Counted from the stretch's first letter, positions 34,137 to 46,544 are shown. The stretch is DNA of 64,000 bases from Actinomycetota bacterium (GCA_016870515.1 VGBL01000005.1:3373-67372), one strand, 5' to 3'. Made by a program: numbers and translations. Notes: a model not told the origin generated them from the sequence alone.

Positions 34137-34322
34137 TCAGTCAACCTCCTCAACGGTCACCAGGTGCGACACGGTCTTGATCATGCCGCGAATCTCCGGA
34201 CGGTCTTCTTGCACGACGGTGTCACCGATGCGCTTGAGTCCGAGCGAGCGAAGGGTCTCACGCTGGCTGTGCGTGCCACCGATGACCGACTTGCGCTGGG
34301 TCACGTGGAGCCGAACGCTCAC
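34137..34322 (-). CDS. rpmD: 50S ribosomal protein L30
   Basis: GTG start overlapping the rpsE stop (GTGA): (M)[32 protein letters not shown]... Confidence 0.9.
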   Translation of the reverse strand: MSVRLHVTQRKSVIGGTHSQRETLRSLGLKRIGDTVVQEDRPEIRGMIKTVSHLVTVEEVD

Positions 34323-34918
34323 GATGCACCTGCCGCTCGTGCGCGCAGGAGGGCCACCGGAGCGACGTCCTCGAGGGGGAGCCCACGGCGTGCCGCCACG
34401 GCTTCGGGCTGTTCGAGTCCTCGCAACGCCGCCACCGTCGCATGGACGATGTTGATGGCGTTGTCCGACCCAAGGGACTTTGACAGGACGTCGTGGATGC
34501 CCGCGCACTCCAGGACGGCGCGCACGGGGCCACCGGCGATAACGCCGGTGCCGGGCGCCGCGGGGCGCAGAAACACGACGCCGGCCGCAGCCTCGCCCGT
34601 GATCGGATGGGGGATGGTGCCCTGGATGCGGGGAACCTTGAAGAAGTGCTTCTTCGCCTCCTCCACTCCCTTGGCGATGGCGGCCGGCACCTCCTTGGCC
34701 TTGCCGTAGCCCACGCCCACCGTGCCATCGCCATCGCCCACGACCACGAGCGCGGTGAAGCTGAAGCGACGGCCACCCTTCACGACCTTGGCGACGCGAT
34801 TGATCGTCACGACGCGCTCGATGAAAGCGGACTTCTCCTCACGGGGCGCGCGTTCACGACGATCCCGGCGCTCCCCGGAGGCTCCGGCGCCGGTGCCCCG
34901 GCGCTGTGTTGTCGACAT
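34319..34918 (-). CDS. rpsE: 30S ribosomal protein S5
   Basis: ATG at 34918 preferred over the adjacent TTG at 34921. Contains ...[30 protein letters not shown]. Confidence 0.93.
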   Translation of the reverse strand: MSTTQRRGTGAGASGERRDRRERAPREEKSAFIERVVTINRVAKVVKGGRRFSFTALVVVGDGDGTVGVGYGKAKEVPAAIAKGVEEAKKHFFKVPRIQGTIPHPITGEAAAGVVFLRPAAPGTGVIAGGPVRAVLECAGIHDVLSKSLGSDNAINIVHATVAALRGLEQPEAVAARRGLPLEDVAPVALLRARAAGAS

Positions 34919-34941
34919 CAATTCTTACCTCTCTCGCGACC

Positions 34942-35325
34942 TTAGAACTGAAGGCCGCCCTCGCGGGCGCCCTCCGCCAGGGCCGCGACGCGACCGTGGA
35001 ACTTGTTGCCACCGCGGTCGAAGACCACGGTCTCGACTCCGGCCTTCTTGGCGCGGTCCGCGAGAAGCTCGCCGACCTTGCGCGCCTTGGCTGTCTTGTC
35101 GGCGCTCGCGCCGCGCACATCCGCCTCCATGGAGGATGCCGATGCGATGGTGCGACCCTCGTCGTCGTTGACGACCTGGGCAAACATATGCCGGGCCGAG
35201 CGAGTGACCACGAGACGCGGACGCGCGGCGGTGCCGCTGACCTTCTTGCGGACTCGCAGGTGGCGACGCTCGCGAGCGGTGCTCTTGGCGTTGCCCTTGC
35301 CGATCTTGGGGGCGAATGAGCTCAC
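34942..35325 (-). CDS. rplR: 50S ribosomal protein L18
   Basis: 127 aa: ...[33 protein letters not shown]. Confidence 0.93.
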   Translation of the reverse strand: MSSFAPKIGKGNAKSTARERRHLRVRKKVSGTAARPRLVVTRSARHMFAQVVNDDEGRTIASASSMEADVRGASADKTAKARKVGELLADRAKKAGVETVVFDRGGNKFHGRVAALAEGAREGGLQF

Positions 35326-35864
35326 TTCTTGCCAGCCTTTCCAGCCTTGCGACGCACGACCTCACCCTCGTAGCGCACGCCCTTGCCCTTGAAGGGCTCC
35401 GGCTTGCGCAACTTGCGGATATTGGCCGCGACCTCGCCGACCTGCTGCTTGTCGACGCCGATCACCTTGAACCTCGTGGGGGTCTCGACCGCGAAGGAGA
35501 TGCCGTCGGGTGCCTCGAAGACGATGGGGTGGCTGTAGCCGAGGGCGAACTCAAGGTTCTGGCCCTTGGCCTGCACGCGGTAGCCGGTGCCAATGATCTC
35601 CAGTCCCTTCTCGTAGCCCTGGGTCACACCCGTGACCATGTTGGCCACGAGCGTGCGGGTGAGTCCGTGTCGAGCACGCGCATCGCGCTCGTCGTTGGGA
35701 CGAGTGACGACGAGCGTGCCGTCGTCTCGGCGATCGATCGAGATCGGCTCGACAACGGTGTGGGTGAGGGTGCCCTTAGGCCCCTTCACGGTGATCTCCT
35801 GTCCATCGATGGCCACCTCGACCCCCGAGGGAATGGCGATGGGAAGACGTCCGATGCGTGACAT
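35322..35864 (-). CDS. rplF: 50S ribosomal protein L6
   Basis: 180 aa: [31 protein letters not shown]. Confidence 0.95.
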   Translation of the reverse strand: MSRIGRLPIAIPSGVEVAIDGQEITVKGPKGTLTHTVVEPISIDRRDDGTLVVTRPNDERDARARHGLTRTLVANMVTGVTQGYEKGLEIIGTGYRVQAKGQNLEFALGYSHPIVFEAPDGISFAVETPTRFKVIGVDKQQVGEVAANIRKLRKPEPFKGKGVRYEGEVVRRKAGKAGKK

Positions 35865-35873
35865 GACGACCCC

Positions 35874-36272
35874 TCACCACACGTAGGCGAGGACTTCCCC
35901 ACCCACGCCCTTCTGTGTTGCCTGCCGGTCGGTGAGCAGACCTGAGGAGGTGGACAGGATGGCCACGCCCAGGCCGCCGAGCACCTTGGGCAGCGCGGTG
36001 TTCTTTGCGTAGACGCGAAGTCCCGGCTTGGACACGCGACGAAGCCCCGCGATCGAACGCTCGCGACTGGGGCCGTACTTCAACTCCAGGACGAGTGACT
36101 TGCCCACCTTAGCTTCCGCGACGTGCCAGCTGCTGATGTAGCCCTCCTGCTTGAGGATCTCGGCGATACCCGCCTTGATCTTCGAATGCGGCATCGCCAC
36201 CGAGTCGTGATACGCCGAATTCGCGTTGCGCAGACGCGCCAGCATGTCTGCGATCGGGTCGGTCATTGTCAT
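35874..36272 (-). CDS. rpsH: 30S ribosomal protein S8
   Basis: Trimmed to the ATG at 36272 ([22 protein letters not shown]). An ATG at 36278 is also possible. Confidence 0.93.
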   Translation of the reverse strand: MTMTDPIADMLARLRNANSAYHDSVAMPHSKIKAGIAEILKQEGYISSWHVAEAKVGKSLVLELKYGPSRERSIAGLRRVSKPGLRVYAKNTALPKVLGGLGVAILSTSSGLLTDRQATQKGVGGEVLAYVW

Positions 36273-36327
36273 GGCCATCAGGCCCTTCTCGCCGTGGTAT
36301 CCCCGCGGGGACCTGCGACGTAGTGGT

Positions 36328-36513
36328 TTACCAGCTGCTCTTGGTGATGCCGGGGAGTTCACCGGCGTGCGCCATCTCGCGGAAGCAGATGCGGCACAGG
36401 CCGAACTTGCGGTAGACGGAGTGCGGTCGGCCGCAGCGCGTGCACCGGGTGTAGGCCCGAACGGCATACTTCGGTTTGCGCTGCTGCTTCTCGATCAGTG
36501 CCTTCTTCGCCAC
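36328..36513 (-). CDS. rpsZ: 30S ribosomal protein S14, zinc-binding type Z
   Basis: GTG at 36513: (M)[42 protein letters not shown]..., 61 aa with CxxC...CxxC. Confidence 0.92.
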   Translation of the reverse strand: MAKKALIEKQQRKPKYAVRAYTRCTRCGRPHSVYRKFGLCRICFREMAHAGELPGITKSSW

Positions 36514-36514
36514 G

Positions 36515-37084
36515 TCAGTTCTCCTTGAAGGGGAAGCCGAGAAGCCGAAGCAGTGCACGGCCCTCTTCGTCGTTGTCTGCGGTCGTCACGACCGTGATAT
36601 CCATGCCGCGGACACGGTCGATCTTATCTTGGTCGATCTCGCGGAACACTGACTGCTCGTTGAGACCGAACGTGTAGTTGCCGCGGCCATCGAACTGCTT
36701 GGGCGACAGGCCGCGGAAGTCGCGGATGCGTGGAAGCGCGATCGACATCAAGCGGTCGAGGAACTCCCACATGCGATCACCCCGCAAGGTGACGTGGGCG
36801 CCGATCGGCATGCCCTCGCGGAGCTTGAACTGCGCGATGGACTTGCGCGCCTTGGTGACGGAGGGGCGCTGCCCCGTGATCTCCATGAGGTCGCGAATGG
36901 CGCCTTCGATGAGCTTGGAGTCGCGGGCGGCCTCGCCGACGCCCATGTTGACGACGACCTTGGTGACGCCAGGCACCTGCATGACGTTGTCGAAGTCGAA
37001 CTCTGCCTGTAGGGCAGGGACGACCTCCTCGCGGTAGCGCGACTTGAGTCTCGGCATGGAGCGCTCAGACGTGGTGGCAATCAT
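36515..37084 (-). CDS. rplE: 50S ribosomal protein L5
   Basis: 189 aa: [42 protein letters not shown]. Confidence 0.95.
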   Translation of the reverse strand: MIATTSERSMPRLKSRYREEVVPALQAEFDFDNVMQVPGVTKVVVNMGVGEAARDSKLIEGAIRDLMEITGQRPSVTKARKSIAQFKLREGMPIGAHVTLRGDRMWEFLDRLMSIALPRIRDFRGLSPKQFDGRGNYTFGLNEQSVFREIDQDKIDRVRGMDITVVTTADNDEEGRALLRLLGFPFKEN

Positions 37085-37446
37085 CAGATGTCCTTACCGG
37101 TGCGCCTGGAAACCCGGACGTTGCGCACGGAATCGTAGGTGCTTCCGTCGGAGCGCCGCTTCTCGACCTTCTCCTGGCGCTTGCCCACGCGAGTCGCCCG
37201 GCTGTCTTCGGGGTCGATCACCATGACGTTGGAAACGTGGATGGGGGCCTCAGTGGTGATGATGCCGCCCGTCTTAGCGCCACGATTGCTCTGGCCCACC
37301 TTGGTGTGCTTCTTCACGCGATTGACGCCTTCGACGATGACGAGCTCGGACTTGGGCATCACCTCGATCACGCGCCCGGTGACTCCGCGGTCCTTGCCGC
37401 TGAGCACCTGGACGAGATCGCCCTTGCGAACGAACAGGCCGGCCAT
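37084..37446 (-). CDS. rplX: 50S ribosomal protein L24
   Basis: 120 aa with the KOW motif [21 protein letters not shown]. Confidence 0.93.
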   Translation of the reverse strand: MAGLFVRKGDLVQVLSGKDRGVTGRVIEVMPKSELVIVEGVNRVKKHTKVGQSNRGAKTGGIITTEAPIHVSNVMVIDPEDSRATRVGKRQEKVEKRRSDGSTYDSVRNVRVSRRTGKDI

Positions 37447-37447
37447 G

Positions 37448-37816
37448 TCAGAGCACCTCCGGGGCGAGCGAAATGATCTTCATGAAGCGCTTCTCGCGGA
37501 GCTCGCGCCCGACGGGCCCGAAGATGCGGGTGCCGCGGGGCTCGCCGTCGCTCTTGAGGAGGACGGCCGCGTTTTCGTCGAAGCGAATGTAGGAGCCGTC
37601 GGGACGGCGATGCTCCTTGCGCGTGCGAACGACGACGGCCTTGACGACCTCGCCCTTCTTGACGCCTCCGCCGGGGATCGCATCCTTGACCGTGGCGACG
37701 ATGATGTCACCGATCCCGGCATAGCGACGGCCGGAGCCGCCCAGCACGCGGATGCACAGGAGCTCCTTGGCGCCGGTGTTGTCGGCGACACGCAGACGGG
37801 ACTCTTGCTGGATCAC
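37448..37816 (-). CDS. rplN: 50S ribosomal protein L14
   Basis: Trimmed to the GTG at 37816 ((M)[26 protein letters not shown]). Confidence 0.95.
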   Translation of the reverse strand: MIQQESRLRVADNTGAKELLCIRVLGGSGRRYAGIGDIIVATVKDAIPGGGVKKGEVVKAVVVRTRKEHRRPDGSYIRFDENAAVLLKSDGEPRGTRIFGPVGRELREKRFMKIISLAPEVL

Positions 37817-37826
37817 GACAACTCCC

Positions 37827-38111
37827 CTACTTGGCCTTCTCGAGGATCTCGACGACGCGCCAACGCTTGGTGGACGACAGCGGACGGGTCTCCATGACGA
37901 GGACTCGGTCGCCAACGCCGCAGGCGTTTTGCTCGTCGTGAGCCCTCAGCTTGCTGGTGCGGCGCACCACCTTGCCGTAGAGCGGATGCTTGAAGCGATC
38001 CTCGATGGCAACCGTGACGGTCTTATCCATCTTGTCGCTCACCACGTAGCCCTCGCGGATCTTTCGGGTTGTCCTGGCGTCTGTGCTCACTGTCACCTTC
38101 TCGTAGCTCAT
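37827..38111 (-). CDS. rpsQ: 30S ribosomal protein S17
   Basis: 94 aa: ...[29 protein letters not shown]. Confidence 0.93.
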   Translation of the reverse strand: MSYEKVTVSTDARTTRKIREGYVVSDKMDKTVTVAIEDRFKHPLYGKVVRRTSKLRAHDEQNACGVGDRVLVMETRPLSSTKRWRVVEILEKAK

Positions 38112-38344
38112 GCCGCACCGCCGACGTGCTCGACGGGCGTGATGCCGAGTTCGCGCTCGCGCATCACGGTGTAGAGGCGGGCGATATCCTTGCGCACAGC
38201 ACGAAGACGCCCATGGTTTTCGAGTTGTCCGGTCGCGCCCTGAAAGCGCAGGTTAAACAGCTCCTCCTTGGCCTCGCGCAGCCTTGTGACGAGCTCCTCG
38301 TCGGTCAGGCCGCGGAACTCCTGGGACGACGTGCCGGCAGCCAT
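38108..38344 (-). CDS. rpmC: 50S ribosomal protein L29
   Basis: Trimmed to the ATG at 38344, overlapping the rplP stop (TGATG): [35 protein letters not shown]. Confidence 0.9.
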   Translation of the reverse strand: MAAGTSSQEFRGLTDEELVTRLREAKEELFNLRFQGATGQLENHGRLRAVRKDIARLYTVMRERELGITPVEHVGGAA

Positions 38345-38766
38345 CAGACCTCCACCGTGTCCGAGCGACGCACAATGCGGCACTTCATCGGCAACTTGTG
38401 CATCGCGCGCGTGAGCGCCTGAACCGCAACCTTCTCATTGGGGTAGGACAGTTCGAACATCACGCGGCCGGGCTTGACATTGGCCACCCACCACTCCGGC
38501 GAACCCTTGCCCGAACCCATGCGGGTCTCAGCGGGCTTCTTGGTCAGCGGGCGGTCGGGGAAGATGGTGATCCACACCTTGCCACCGCGGCGGATATGCC
38601 GAGTGATCGCGATACGGGCAGCCTCGATCTGGCGGTTGGTGACATAGGCGGGCTCGAGGGCTTGGAGGCCGTAGTCACCCCAGGTGACCTCGGCGCCACC
38701 CTTTGCCGCACCACTGCGACCGGGATGGTGCTGCTTGCGGTGCTTGACCTTGCGGGGAATAAGCAT
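38344..38766 (-). CDS. rplP: 50S ribosomal protein L16
   Basis: 140 aa: [19 protein letters not shown]. Confidence 0.95.
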   Translation of the reverse strand: MLIPRKVKHRKQHHPGRSGAAKGGAEVTWGDYGLQALEPAYVTNRQIEAARIAITRHIRRGGKVWITIFPDRPLTKKPAETRMGSGKGSPEWWVANVKPGRVMFELSYPNEKVAVQALTRAMHKLPMKCRIVRRSDTVEV

Positions 38767-38768
38767 GA

Positions 38769-39575
38769 TCAGACCTCGCCTTCCGGTGCTGCGGGAGCGG
38801 GTGACTCTTCGGCGGCAGCGACGGCCTCTGCAGCCACAGCCTCGTCGTCACGCCCACCCGCGCGACGCGGACGGTCGGGACGGCGCGCCTGGCCGAGACG
38901 AGCAGCAGCCGCTGCGGCCTCGCGTTCCGCGCGGCTCGTGGGGGCATCACCCTTGTAGATCCAGACCTTGACGCCGATTCGGCCGAAGGTGGTGCGCGCC
39001 TCGTAGAAGCCGTAATCGATGTCGGCGCGCAGGGTGTGCAGAGGCACACGACCGTCGCGATAAAACTCTGTGCGGCTCATCTCAGCGCCGCCGAGGCGAC
39101 CGGATACCTGCACGCGGATGCCCTTGGCCCCAGCCTTCATCGTGCTCTGCATGCCCTTGCGCATGGCGCGCCGGAACGAGACGCGGCTCGAAAGCTGCTC
39201 AGCGATACCCTGGGCGACGAGCTGGGCGTCCATCTCGGGGTTCTTCACCTCGAGGATGTTGAGCTGGACCTGCTTGCCGGTCAGCTTCTCGAGGTCAGCG
39301 CGGATACGGTCGGCTTCGGCACCGCGGCGACCGATCACGATGCCCGGGCGCGCGGTGTGGATGTCGACGCGAACACGCTCGCGGGTGCGCTCGATCTCGA
39401 CCTTGCTGATGCCGGCACGCTCCATGCCCTTGGAGAGGAGCTTGCGGATCTCGACGTCCTCTTGGACGTAGTCGCGGTAGCGCTGCCCTGCCTTGGAGCT
39501 GTCAGCGAACCAGCGCGAGGTGAAGTCGGTGGTGACGCCGAGGCGGAAGCCGTGGGGATTGACCTTCTGGCCCAT
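38769..39575 (-). CDS. rpsC: 30S ribosomal protein S3 (charged C-terminal tail)
   Basis: 268 aa: [24 protein letters not shown]. Confidence 0.96.
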   Translation of the reverse strand: MGQKVNPHGFRLGVTTDFTSRWFADSSKAGQRYRDYVQEDVEIRKLLSKGMERAGISKVEIERTRERVRVDIHTARPGIVIGRRGAEADRIRADLEKLTGKQVQLNILEVKNPEMDAQLVAQGIAEQLSSRVSFRRAMRKGMQSTMKAGAKGIRVQVSGRLGGAEMSRTEFYRDGRVPLHTLRADIDYGFYEARTTFGRIGVKVWIYKGDAPTSRAEREAAAAAARLGQARRPDRPRRAGGRDDEAVAAEAVAAAEESPAPAAPEGEV

Positions 39576-39576
39576 C

Positions 39577-39966
39577 TCAGGCCTCCTTCTTCTTCTTGCT
39601 CGACGCCTTGGCCGCCTTCACCGGCTCCTTGGGCGCGACGACCTCGAGGATCACGGTGATGTGGCTGGTGCGCTTGTCGATGCGGTAGGCGCGACCCTGG
39701 GCGCGCGGACGGAATCGCTTCATGGTCGGGCCCTCGTCGACGTAGGCCTCGCTGATAACGAGGGATGCCGGATCGAGATTGTGGTTGTTGGTGGCATTGG
39801 CGATGGCGCTGTCGAGCACCTTGCCGACCGGAACGCTCGCATCCTGCGGGGCAAACCGCAGCACCGCCTGGGCGTCCGAGGCAGGCAGCCCTCGAATGAG
39901 GTCCACCACTCGGCGCGCCTTCATGGGCGTGACGCGGACGAACCGCGCCTGGGCCCTGGCTTCCAT
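39577..39966 (-). CDS. rplV: 50S ribosomal protein L22
   Basis: 129 aa: [26 protein letters not shown]. Confidence 0.94.
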   Translation of the reverse strand: MEARAQARFVRVTPMKARRVVDLIRGLPASDAQAVLRFAPQDASVPVGKVLDSAIANATNNHNLDPASLVISEAYVDEGPTMKRFRPRAQGRAYRIDKRTSHITVILEVVAPKEPVKAAKASSKKKKEA

Positions 39967-39988
39967 CGCTCTCCCCTTGCTTCTCGAG

Positions 39989-40270
39989 TTACGTGCGCTT
40001 CGCCTTACGGTCGTCCTTGACGTGCCCCTTGAAGGTGCGCGTAGGAGCGAACTCGCCCAGCTTGTGGCCGATCATCTGCTCGGTCACGAAGACCGGCACG
40101 TGCTTGCGTCCATCGTGCACGGCAATGGTGTGACCGAGCATGGCGGGGACGATCATCGAGCGACGCGACCAGGTCTTGATGACCTGCTGGCTCTTGGCCT
40201 CGTTCTGGGCGTCCACCTTCTTGAGCAGGTGGCCGTCCACGAAGGGGCCCTTCTTCAGGCTTCTGGGCAC
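39989..40270 (-). CDS. rpsS: 30S ribosomal protein S19
   Basis: 93 aa: [19 protein letters not shown]...[16 protein letters not shown]. Confidence 0.96.
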   Translation of the reverse strand: MPRSLKKGPFVDGHLLKKVDAQNEAKSQQVIKTWSRRSMIVPAMLGHTIAVHDGRKHVPVFVTEQMIGHKLGEFAPTRTFKGHVKDDRKAKRT

Positions 40271-40279
40271 GGTCGTCTC

Positions 40280-41116
40280 CTAGCGCTTCTTGCCGGTCTT
40301 GCGTCGACGGACGATGAACTTGTTGCTGGCCTTCTTGGCCTTGCGGGTGCGGCCCTCCGGCTTGCCCTTGGGGTTGACCGGGTGGCGTCCACCCGAGGTC
40401 TTTCCTTCGCCGCCGCCGTGGGGGTGGTCGACCGGATTCATCGCCACGCCACGCACCGTAGGACGACGTCCCTTCCAGCGCATGCGACCAGCCTTACCCC
40501 AGTTGATATTGGACTGCTCGGCATTGCCGACCTCGCCGACCGTGGCGCGTGAGCGCACGTCGACATTGCGGATTTCGCCGGATGGCATGCGCAACTGCGC
40601 GTGGGGGCCGTCCTTTGCAACCAACTGGACACTGGCGCCTGCGGCGCGGGCGATCTTCGCTCCTCCGCCGGGCTTAATCTCGACGGCGTGGATCACCGTG
40701 CCGACCGGGATATTGCGAAGGGGGAGATTGTTGCCGGGCTTGATATCGGCGCTGGGGCCGGTCTCGACGGTGTCGCCCTGGCTCAGCTTGTTGGGCGCGA
40801 GGATGTAGCGCTTCTCGCCGTCCGCGAAGTGGAGGAGCGCGATGCGAGCGGTGCGGTTGGGGTCGTATTCGACGTGAGCGACCTTGGCGGGCACCCCATC
40901 TTTGTCGGCGCGACGGAAGTCGATGACGCGATAGGCGCGCTTGTGTCCGCCACCCTGGTGGCGTGTGGTGATGCGCCCCTGGTTGTTGCGACCGCCCTTG
41001 GACGGCAGCGGGCGAACAAGGGACTTCTCCGGCTCCGACCGCGTGATCTCCACGAAGTCGGCAACGCTGGAGCCACGACGACCCGGAGTCGTCGGCTTGT
41101 ATTTGCGGATGCCCAT
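40280..41116 (-). CDS. rplB: 50S ribosomal protein L2
   Basis: Trimmed to the ATG at 41116 ([21 protein letters not shown]). Confidence 0.96.
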   Translation of the reverse strand: MGIRKYKPTTPGRRGSSVADFVEITRSEPEKSLVRPLPSKGGRNNQGRITTRHQGGGHKRAYRVIDFRRADKDGVPAKVAHVEYDPNRTARIALLHFADGEKRYILAPNKLSQGDTVETGPSADIKPGNNLPLRNIPVGTVIHAVEIKPGGGAKIARAAGASVQLVAKDGPHAQLRMPSGEIRNVDVRSRATVGEVGNAEQSNINWGKAGRMRWKGRRPTVRGVAMNPVDHPHGGGEGKTSGGRHPVNPKGKPEGRTRKAKKASNKFIVRRRKTGKKR

Positions 41117-41132
41117 TGTCCTCGTCCCTCGC

Positions 41133-41432
41133 CTAACTAACCGGTCCACCGAAGATGTCGATGCGATCACCCTGCGCGACGGACACGATGGCCCGCTTGG
41201 TCGCTGCCCGACGGCCCCACCCACGCCTGGTGCGGATGCGCTTGCCCTCGCGGTTGCTGGTGTTCACGGCGGTCACGCGGACCCCGAATACCTGCTCCAC
41301 CGCGATCCTTATCTGCGTCTTGTTGGCGTCTGGCGCGACGATGAAGGTGTACTTGTTTTCGTCGAGCAGGCCATAACTCTTCTCAGAGATGACTGGGGCC
41401 AGCAGGACATCGCGCGGATCGTTGATCCTCAT
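41133..41432 (-). CDS. rplW: 50S ribosomal protein L23
   Basis: 99 aa: [28 protein letters not shown]. Confidence 0.93.
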   Translation of the reverse strand: MRINDPRDVLLAPVISEKSYGLLDENKYTFIVAPDANKTQIRIAVEQVFGVRVTAVNTSNREGKRIRTRRGWGRRAATKRAIVSVAQGDRIDIFGGPVS

Positions 41433-42103
41433 GCCGACACCTCCCTTTCGCTCGCGACGGCCTTGGCGCTGCGACCCTTGACGGGACCGGCGACGAAGGC
41501 CTCGAGCGATGCCTTGGTGAAGACGATGTCATCGCTGACGAGGACGTCGTAGGTACTGAGCTGATCAGGCGCGACCACGCTGACGTCCGACAGGTTGCGT
41601 AGGCTGAGCCACGACACGAAGTCGTCACGATCGACCACGACCAGGATGTTGGGTCGGTCGGTCAGCGATCGGATGATCTCCTGGGCCTTCTTGGTCGAGG
41701 GCGTATCGCCGTCGACGAGGGCGGACAGGACATGAATACGGCCTTCGCGTGCACGGTCGGACAGGGCACCGCGCAGGGCGGCGGCCTTCATCTTCTTGGG
41801 CGTGCGCTGGTCGTAGGAACGCGGCGTGGGCCCGTGGACGACGCCGCCGCCGGTGAACTGGGGGGCGCGAATGGAGCCTTGGCGGGCGCGACCGGTGCCC
41901 TTCTGCTTGTAGGGCTTGCGGCCGCCGCCGCTGACCTCGCCGCGCGACTTAGTGTCGTGCGTGCCCTGGCGAGCCGCCGCCAGTTGGGCCACGACGACCT
42001 GGTGGATCAGCGGGATGTTGACCTGCTGGTCGAAGATCTCGGCGGGCAGGTCGACCTTGCCGGACTTCTTGCCGGCCGGTGTCACGATGTCGATGGAGCT
42101 CAC
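41429..42103 (-). CDS. rplD: 50S ribosomal protein L4
   Basis: 224 aa: ...[32 protein letters not shown]. Confidence 0.94.
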   Translation of the reverse strand: MSSIDIVTPAGKKSGKVDLPAEIFDQQVNIPLIHQVVVAQLAAARQGTHDTKSRGEVSGGGRKPYKQKGTGRARQGSIRAPQFTGGGVVHGPTPRSYDQRTPKKMKAAALRGALSDRAREGRIHVLSALVDGDTPSTKKAQEIIRSLTDRPNILVVVDRDDFVSWLSLRNLSDVSVVAPDQLSTYDVLVSDDIVFTKASLEAFVAGPVKGRSAKAVASEREVSA

Positions 42104-42756
42104 GAGGCCACCGCCTTGGAGGTCGAGCGAATGAGGACCATGCCGCCCTTGGGTCCGGGCACAGCGCCCTTGATGAGGATCAGGCCCCGCTCGGCATCGA
42201 TCGCGTAAACCTTTAGGCCCTGGGTCGTGTGGCGATTGGCGCCCATGCGCCCTGCCATGCGCAGCCCTTTGAAGACACGAGAAGGGGTGGCACAGGCACC
42301 GATGGATCCGGGCTTGCGGTGGTTGCGGTGGGCACCGTGAGAGGCACCGACGCCGGAGAAGCCGTGGCGCTTCATGACACCGGCGAAGCCCTTGCCCCTG
42401 GTGGTCGCGGTCACGTCGACGAGGTCGCCCGCGCCGAAAGCCTCGGCACCAACCTCTTGGCCGAGCGTGTATTCGGAGGCGTCCTGGGTGCGCAACTCCA
42501 CCATGTGACGGCGCGGCGCTACGCCAGCCTTCTGGAAGTGCCCCGCCTCGGGCTTGTTGACCTTGCGAGGATCGATCGCCCCAAAGCCCAACTGCACCGC
42601 GGAGTATCCGTCGACCTCGGGGGTGCGCACCTGCGTCACGACGCAGGGGCCCGCCTTAATGACGGTGACCGGGACGACGCGGTTGTTGTCGTCCCACACC
42701 TGAGTCATGCCGAGCTTCTCGCCCAGCACTCCCTTGACAGTCCTCAGCATGGTCAT
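42100..42756 (-). CDS. rplC: 50S ribosomal protein L3
   Basis: 218 aa: [25 protein letters not shown]. Confidence 0.95.
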   Translation of the reverse strand: MTMLRTVKGVLGEKLGMTQVWDDNNRVVPVTVIKAGPCVVTQVRTPEVDGYSAVQLGFGAIDPRKVNKPEAGHFQKAGVAPRRHMVELRTQDASEYTLGQEVGAEAFGAGDLVDVTATTRGKGFAGVMKRHGFSGVGASHGAHRNHRKPGSIGACATPSRVFKGLRMAGRMGANRHTTQGLKVYAIDAERGLILIKGAVPGPKGGMVLIRSTSKAVAS

Positions 42757-42760
42757 CGTC

Positions 42761-43069
42761 CTAGAGCTTTATCTCGATGTCGACGCCGGCAGGGAGGTCG
42801 AGGCGCATGAGTGAGTCGACCGTCTTGGGCGTGGGGTCGAGGATGTCGATGAGCCTCTTGTGCGTGCGCATCTCGAAGTGCTCGCGACTGTCCTTGTACT
42901 TGTGCGGCGACCGGATGACGCAGTAGATGTTCTTCTCGGTCGGCAGCGGCACCGGGCCGGCCACTTGCGCACCCGTGCGAGTCACCGTGTCGACGATCTT
43001 GCGCGCCGAGCTGTCGATGACCTCGTGATCGTAGGCCTTGAGCCTGATCCGGATCTTCTGTCCCGCCAT
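42761..43069 (-). CDS. rpsJ: 30S ribosomal protein S10
   Basis: Trimmed to the ATG at 43069 ([26 protein letters not shown]). Confidence 0.96.
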   Translation of the reverse strand: MAGQKIRIRLKAYDHEVIDSSARKIVDTVTRTGAQVAGPVPLPTEKNIYCVIRSPHKYKDSREHFEMRTHKRLIDILDPTPKTVDSLMRLDLPAGVDIEIKL

Positions 43070-43129
43070 GGTGACTTGCCCTGTCCTTCTCGTCGGTTGC
43101 CGCTGGGTGTGTGCCGGTGGTGCCAGTGG

Positions 43130-43158
43130 CCGGGGGAGGCGCACCGCGCCTCCCCCGG
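43130..43158 (-). terminator. Perfect 13-bp GC hairpin 5 nt after the tuf stop (terminator/attenuator before rpsJ)
   Basis: CCGGGGGAGGCGC-acc-GCGCCTCCCCCGG. No U tract. Confidence 0.5.
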
Positions 43159-43163
43159 ACGCA

Positions 43164-44360
43164 CTACTTGATGATCTTGGTGACTCGACCCGCGCCGACG
43201 GTGCGACCGCCCTCGCGGATAGCGAAGCGCAGGCCGTCCTCCATGGCGATGGGCTGGATGAGGTCGACCTTCATCTCGGTGTTGTCACCGGGCATGACCA
43301 TGTCCTTGCCCTCGGGCAGGTGCACGACGCCGGTCACGTCCGTGGTGCGGAAGTAGAACTGCGGACGATAGTTGTCGAAGAACGGCGTGTGACGGCCACC
43401 TTCGTCCTTGCTCAGGATGTAGACCTGGGCCTCGAACTCGGTGTGCGGGGTGATCGAGCCGGGCTTGCAGCAGACCTGGCCGCGCTCGACTTCTTCGCGC
43501 TTGGTGCCACGCAGGAGCAAGCCGACGTTTTCGCCCGCCTGGCCCTCGTCGAGGAGCTTGCGGAACATCTCGACGCCGGTGACGGTGGTCTTCGCGGGCG
43601 GCCCGGGCCGGATGCCCACGATCTCGATCTCCTCGTTGACCTTGACGATGCCGCGCTCGATACGGCCGGTCACGACGGTGCCGCGGCCGGTGATCGTGAA
43701 CACGTCCTCGACGGGCATGAGGAAGGGCTTGTCGACCTCACGCTCCGGCGTGGTGATGTAGGTGTCGACCGCGTTCATGAGCTCCATGATCGAGTCGCCC
43801 CACTTGGCGTCGCCGTTGAGCGCCGGGAAGGCAGCCACGCGCACGACGGGGATGTCGTCGCCGGGGAACTCGTAGGAGGACAGCAGCTCGCGCACCTCCA
43901 TCTCGACCAGCTCGAGGAGGTCCTCGTCATCGACCATGTCGCACTTGTTGAGGGCGACGACGATGGCGGGGACGCCCACCTGGCGGGCCAGGAGGACGTG
44001 CTCCTTGGTCTGCGGCATCGGGCCATCGGTGGCGGCGACCACGAGGATCGCGCCATCCATCTGGGCTGCGCCGGTGATCATGTTCTTGATGTAGTCAGCG
44101 TGGCCGGGGCAGTCCACGTGTGCGTAGTGGCGTGCCTCGGTCTGATATTCGACGTGCGCGATGGAGATGGTGATACCGCGCTGACGCTCCTCAGGGGCCT
44201 TGTCGATCTGGTCGAAAGGCGTGAAGGGGTTGATATCGGGCATCTTGTCGTGCAGGACCTTGGTGATCGCCGCGGTCAGCGTCGTCTTTCCATGGTCGAT
44301 ATGCCCGATGGTTCCGATGTTCACGTGCGGCTTGGTCCGCTCGAACTTCGCCTTAGCCAC
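43164..44360 (-). CDS. tuf: Elongation factor Tu
   Basis: 398 aa, GTG start: (M)[31 protein letters not shown]. Confidence 0.98.
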   Translation of the reverse strand: MAKAKFERTKPHVNIGTIGHIDHGKTTLTAAITKVLHDKMPDINPFTPFDQIDKAPEERQRGITISIAHVEYQTEARHYAHVDCPGHADYIKNMITGAAQMDGAILVVAATDGPMPQTKEHVLLARQVGVPAIVVALNKCDMVDDEDLLELVEMEVRELLSSYEFPGDDIPVVRVAAFPALNGDAKWGDSIMELMNAVDTYITTPEREVDKPFLMPVEDVFTITGRGTVVTGRIERGIVKVNEEIEIVGIRPGPPAKTTVTGVEMFRKLLDEGQAGENVGLLLRGTKREEVERGQVCCKPGSITPHTEFEAQVYILSKDEGGRHTPFFDNYRPQFYFRTTDVTGVVHLPEGKDMVMPGDNTEMKVDLIQPIAMEDGLRFAIREGGRTVGAGRVTKIIK

Positions 44361-44444
44361 GGTGGGCTCCTCTTCGTTTCGGTCCGTCCGACTATCGCGG
44401 ATCGGGGATCTTCTAGTGGTTTTTTGTTGTTCTTCGATCCGCGA

Positions 44445-46544
44445 CTATTCGCCGCGAGCTTTCGCGATGATCTCCGTCGCCACGTTCTGGGGAACCTGGG
44501 CGTAGGAGTCGAACTGCATGGTGTAACTAGCCCGGCCCTGGGTCCTGCTGCGCAGGTCGCCCACGTAACCGAACATCTCGGAGAGCGGCACCAGCGCCCG
44601 CACGATGCGCGCACCGGCCCGCTCGTCCATGGCCTGGATCTGGCCACGGCGGGAGTTGAGGTCGCCGATCACGTCACCCAAGAAGTCCTCGGGGGTCGTG
44701 ACCTCGACGGCCATCATCGGCTCGAGGAGCACGGGGCCGGCCTTGCGGGCGGCCTCCTTGAACACCATCGATCCGGCGATCTTGAAGGCGAGTTCGGACG
44801 AGTCGACCTCGTGGTAGGCACCGTCGAGGAGCGTGACCTTGAGGTCGACCATGGGATAGCCGGCGAGGACACCGAATTCCATGGCCTCCTGGCAACCCGC
44901 ATCGACCGAGGGGATGTACTCGCGGGGGATGCGGCCGCCGGTGACCTTGCTCTCGAACTCGTAGCCACCCTCGCCCTCGGAATGGGGTGCGAGCGTGATC
45001 TGGACCTTGGCGAACTGGCCGGAACCACCCGTCTGCTTCTTGTGGGTGTAGTCGACCTTCTCGACCGTCTTGGTAATGGTCTCGCGGTAGGCGACCTGGG
45101 GCTTGCCGACGTTGGCCTCGACCTTGAACTCGCGGCGCATGCGGTCGACGAGGACCTCGAGGTGGAGCTCGCCCATGCCTGAGATGATCGTCTGGCCGGT
45201 CTCCTCGTCGGTTTGGACGCGGAAGGTCGGGTCCTCCTCGGCCAAGCGCTGGATGGCGGTGCCGAGCTTCTCCTGGTCACTCTTGGTCTTGGGCTCGATC
45301 GCGACCGAGATGACCGGGGCGGGGAAGCTCATCGACTCGAGGACGACCGGCTTGGCCGGATCGCAGAGGGTCTCGCCGGTGGTGGTGTCCTTCAGTCCCA
45401 TCACGGCCACGATGTCGCCGGCGCCCACGGCGTCGATCTCCTCGCGCTTGTTGGCGTGCATTCGGTAGATCTTGCCGACGCGCTCCTTGCGGTCCTTGGT
45501 GCTGTTGAGGACCGCGGTGCCCGTGTCTAGCCTACCGGAGTAGATGCGGACGTAGGTGAGCTTGCCCAGGTGCGGATCGCTCATGATCTTGAAGGCGAGG
45601 GCGGAGAAGGGCTCATCATCGCTGGGCTTGCGCTCGATGACCTCCCCCTCCCTGCGGGGCGCGTGGCCCTCGATAGCTGCGACGTCTAGCGGTGAGGGGA
45701 GGTAAGCGACGACGGCGTCGAGCATGGGCTGGACGCCTTTGTTTTTGAACGCCGAGCCGGTGAGGACGGGAGTGACCTTGTCGGCCAGGGTCGCGCGCCG
45801 GATGCCGGCCTGGATCTCGTCGACCGAGAGTTCCTCGCCCTCGATGAACTTCTCCATGACGGCGTCGTCGGCCTCGGCGAGGGTCTCGAGGAGCTTCTCG
45901 CGCCACTCGGCGGCCTGCTCGGCCATGTCGGCGGGGATTTCCTCGACGACGTAGTCCTCGCCCTTCTGTGTCTCGCCCCGCCAGGTGAGGGCCCGCATCG
46001 TCACGAGGTCGATGACGCCCAGGAAGTCGGACTCCGACCCGATCGGAAGCTGGAGCACCAGGGCGGTCGCGCCGAGGCGGTCATTAATCATGTCGACGCA
46101 CATGTAGAAGTTGGCGCCGGTGCGGTCGAGCTTGTTGACGAAGCAGATACGGGGGACGTTGTAGCGGTCGGCCTGGCGCCACACGGTCTCGGACTGGGGC
46201 TCCACGCCGGCCACGCCGTCGAAGACCGCCACTGCGCCATCGAGCACACGCAAGGACCGCTCGACCTCGACCGTGAAGTCGACGTGACCGGGCGTGTCGA
46301 TGATGTTGATCGTGCAGCCCTTCCATTCGCACGTCGTGGCGGCGGAGGTGATGGTGATGCCTCGCTCCTGCTCCTGCTCCATCCAGTCCATCGTGGCCGC
46401 GCCCTCGTGGACCTCACCGATCTTGTAGTTGATGCCGGTGTAGAAGAGGATTCGCTCGGTCGTCGTGGTCTTGCCCGCGTCGATATGCGCCATGATCCCG
46501 ATGTTGCGGACCTTGGCGAGGTCGAGCTTGGTCGCGGTGGGCAC
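44445..46544 (-). CDS. fusA: Elongation factor G
   Basis: Trimmed from track ORF 44445..46682 to the GTG at 46544 ((M)[29 protein letters not shown]), 7 nt after a GGAAGG SD. Confidence 0.97.
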   Translation of the reverse strand: MPTATKLDLAKVRNIGIMAHIDAGKTTTTERILFYTGINYKIGEVHEGAATMDWMEQEQERGITITSAATTCEWKGCTINIIDTPGHVDFTVEVERSLRVLDGAVAVFDGVAGVEPQSETVWRQADRYNVPRICFVNKLDRTGANFYMCVDMINDRLGATALVLQLPIGSESDFLGVIDLVTMRALTWRGETQKGEDYVVEEIPADMAEQAAEWREKLLETLAEADDAVMEKFIEGEELSVDEIQAGIRRATLADKVTPVLTGSAFKNKGVQPMLDAVVAYLPSPLDVAAIEGHAPRREGEVIERKPSDDEPFSALAFKIMSDPHLGKLTYVRIYSGRLDTGTAVLNSTKDRKERVGKIYRMHANKREEIDAVGAGDIVAVMGLKDTTTGETLCDPAKPVVLESMSFPAPVISVAIEPKTKSDQEKLGTAIQRLAEEDPTFRVQTDEETGQTIISGMGELHLEVLVDRMRREFKVEANVGKPQVAYRETITKTVEKVDYTHKKQTGGSGQFAKVQITLAPHSEGEGGYEFESKVTGGRIPREYIPSVDAGCQEAMEFGVLAGYPMVDLKVTLLDGAYHEVDSSELAFKIAGSMVFKEAARKAGPVLLEPMMAVEVTTPEDFLGDVIGDLNSRRGQIQAMDERAGARIVRALVPLSEMFGYVGDLRSRTQGRASYTMQFDSYAQVPQNVATEIIAKARGE

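Noticed and set aside
43038-45182. Very long plus-strand ORFs antisense to essential genes. Examples are 714 aa opposite tuf/fusA, 716 aa at 23348..25498 opposite the ABC-F gene, 606 aa at 18696..20516, 384 aa at 248..1402, and others inside rpoB and rpoC.
   Set aside because: Their translations are Arg/Gly/Asp/His-rich low-complexity text typical of the antisense frame of high-GC genes. The opposite strand encodes unmistakable conserved proteins. Stop-poor antisense frames are expected at this GC content.
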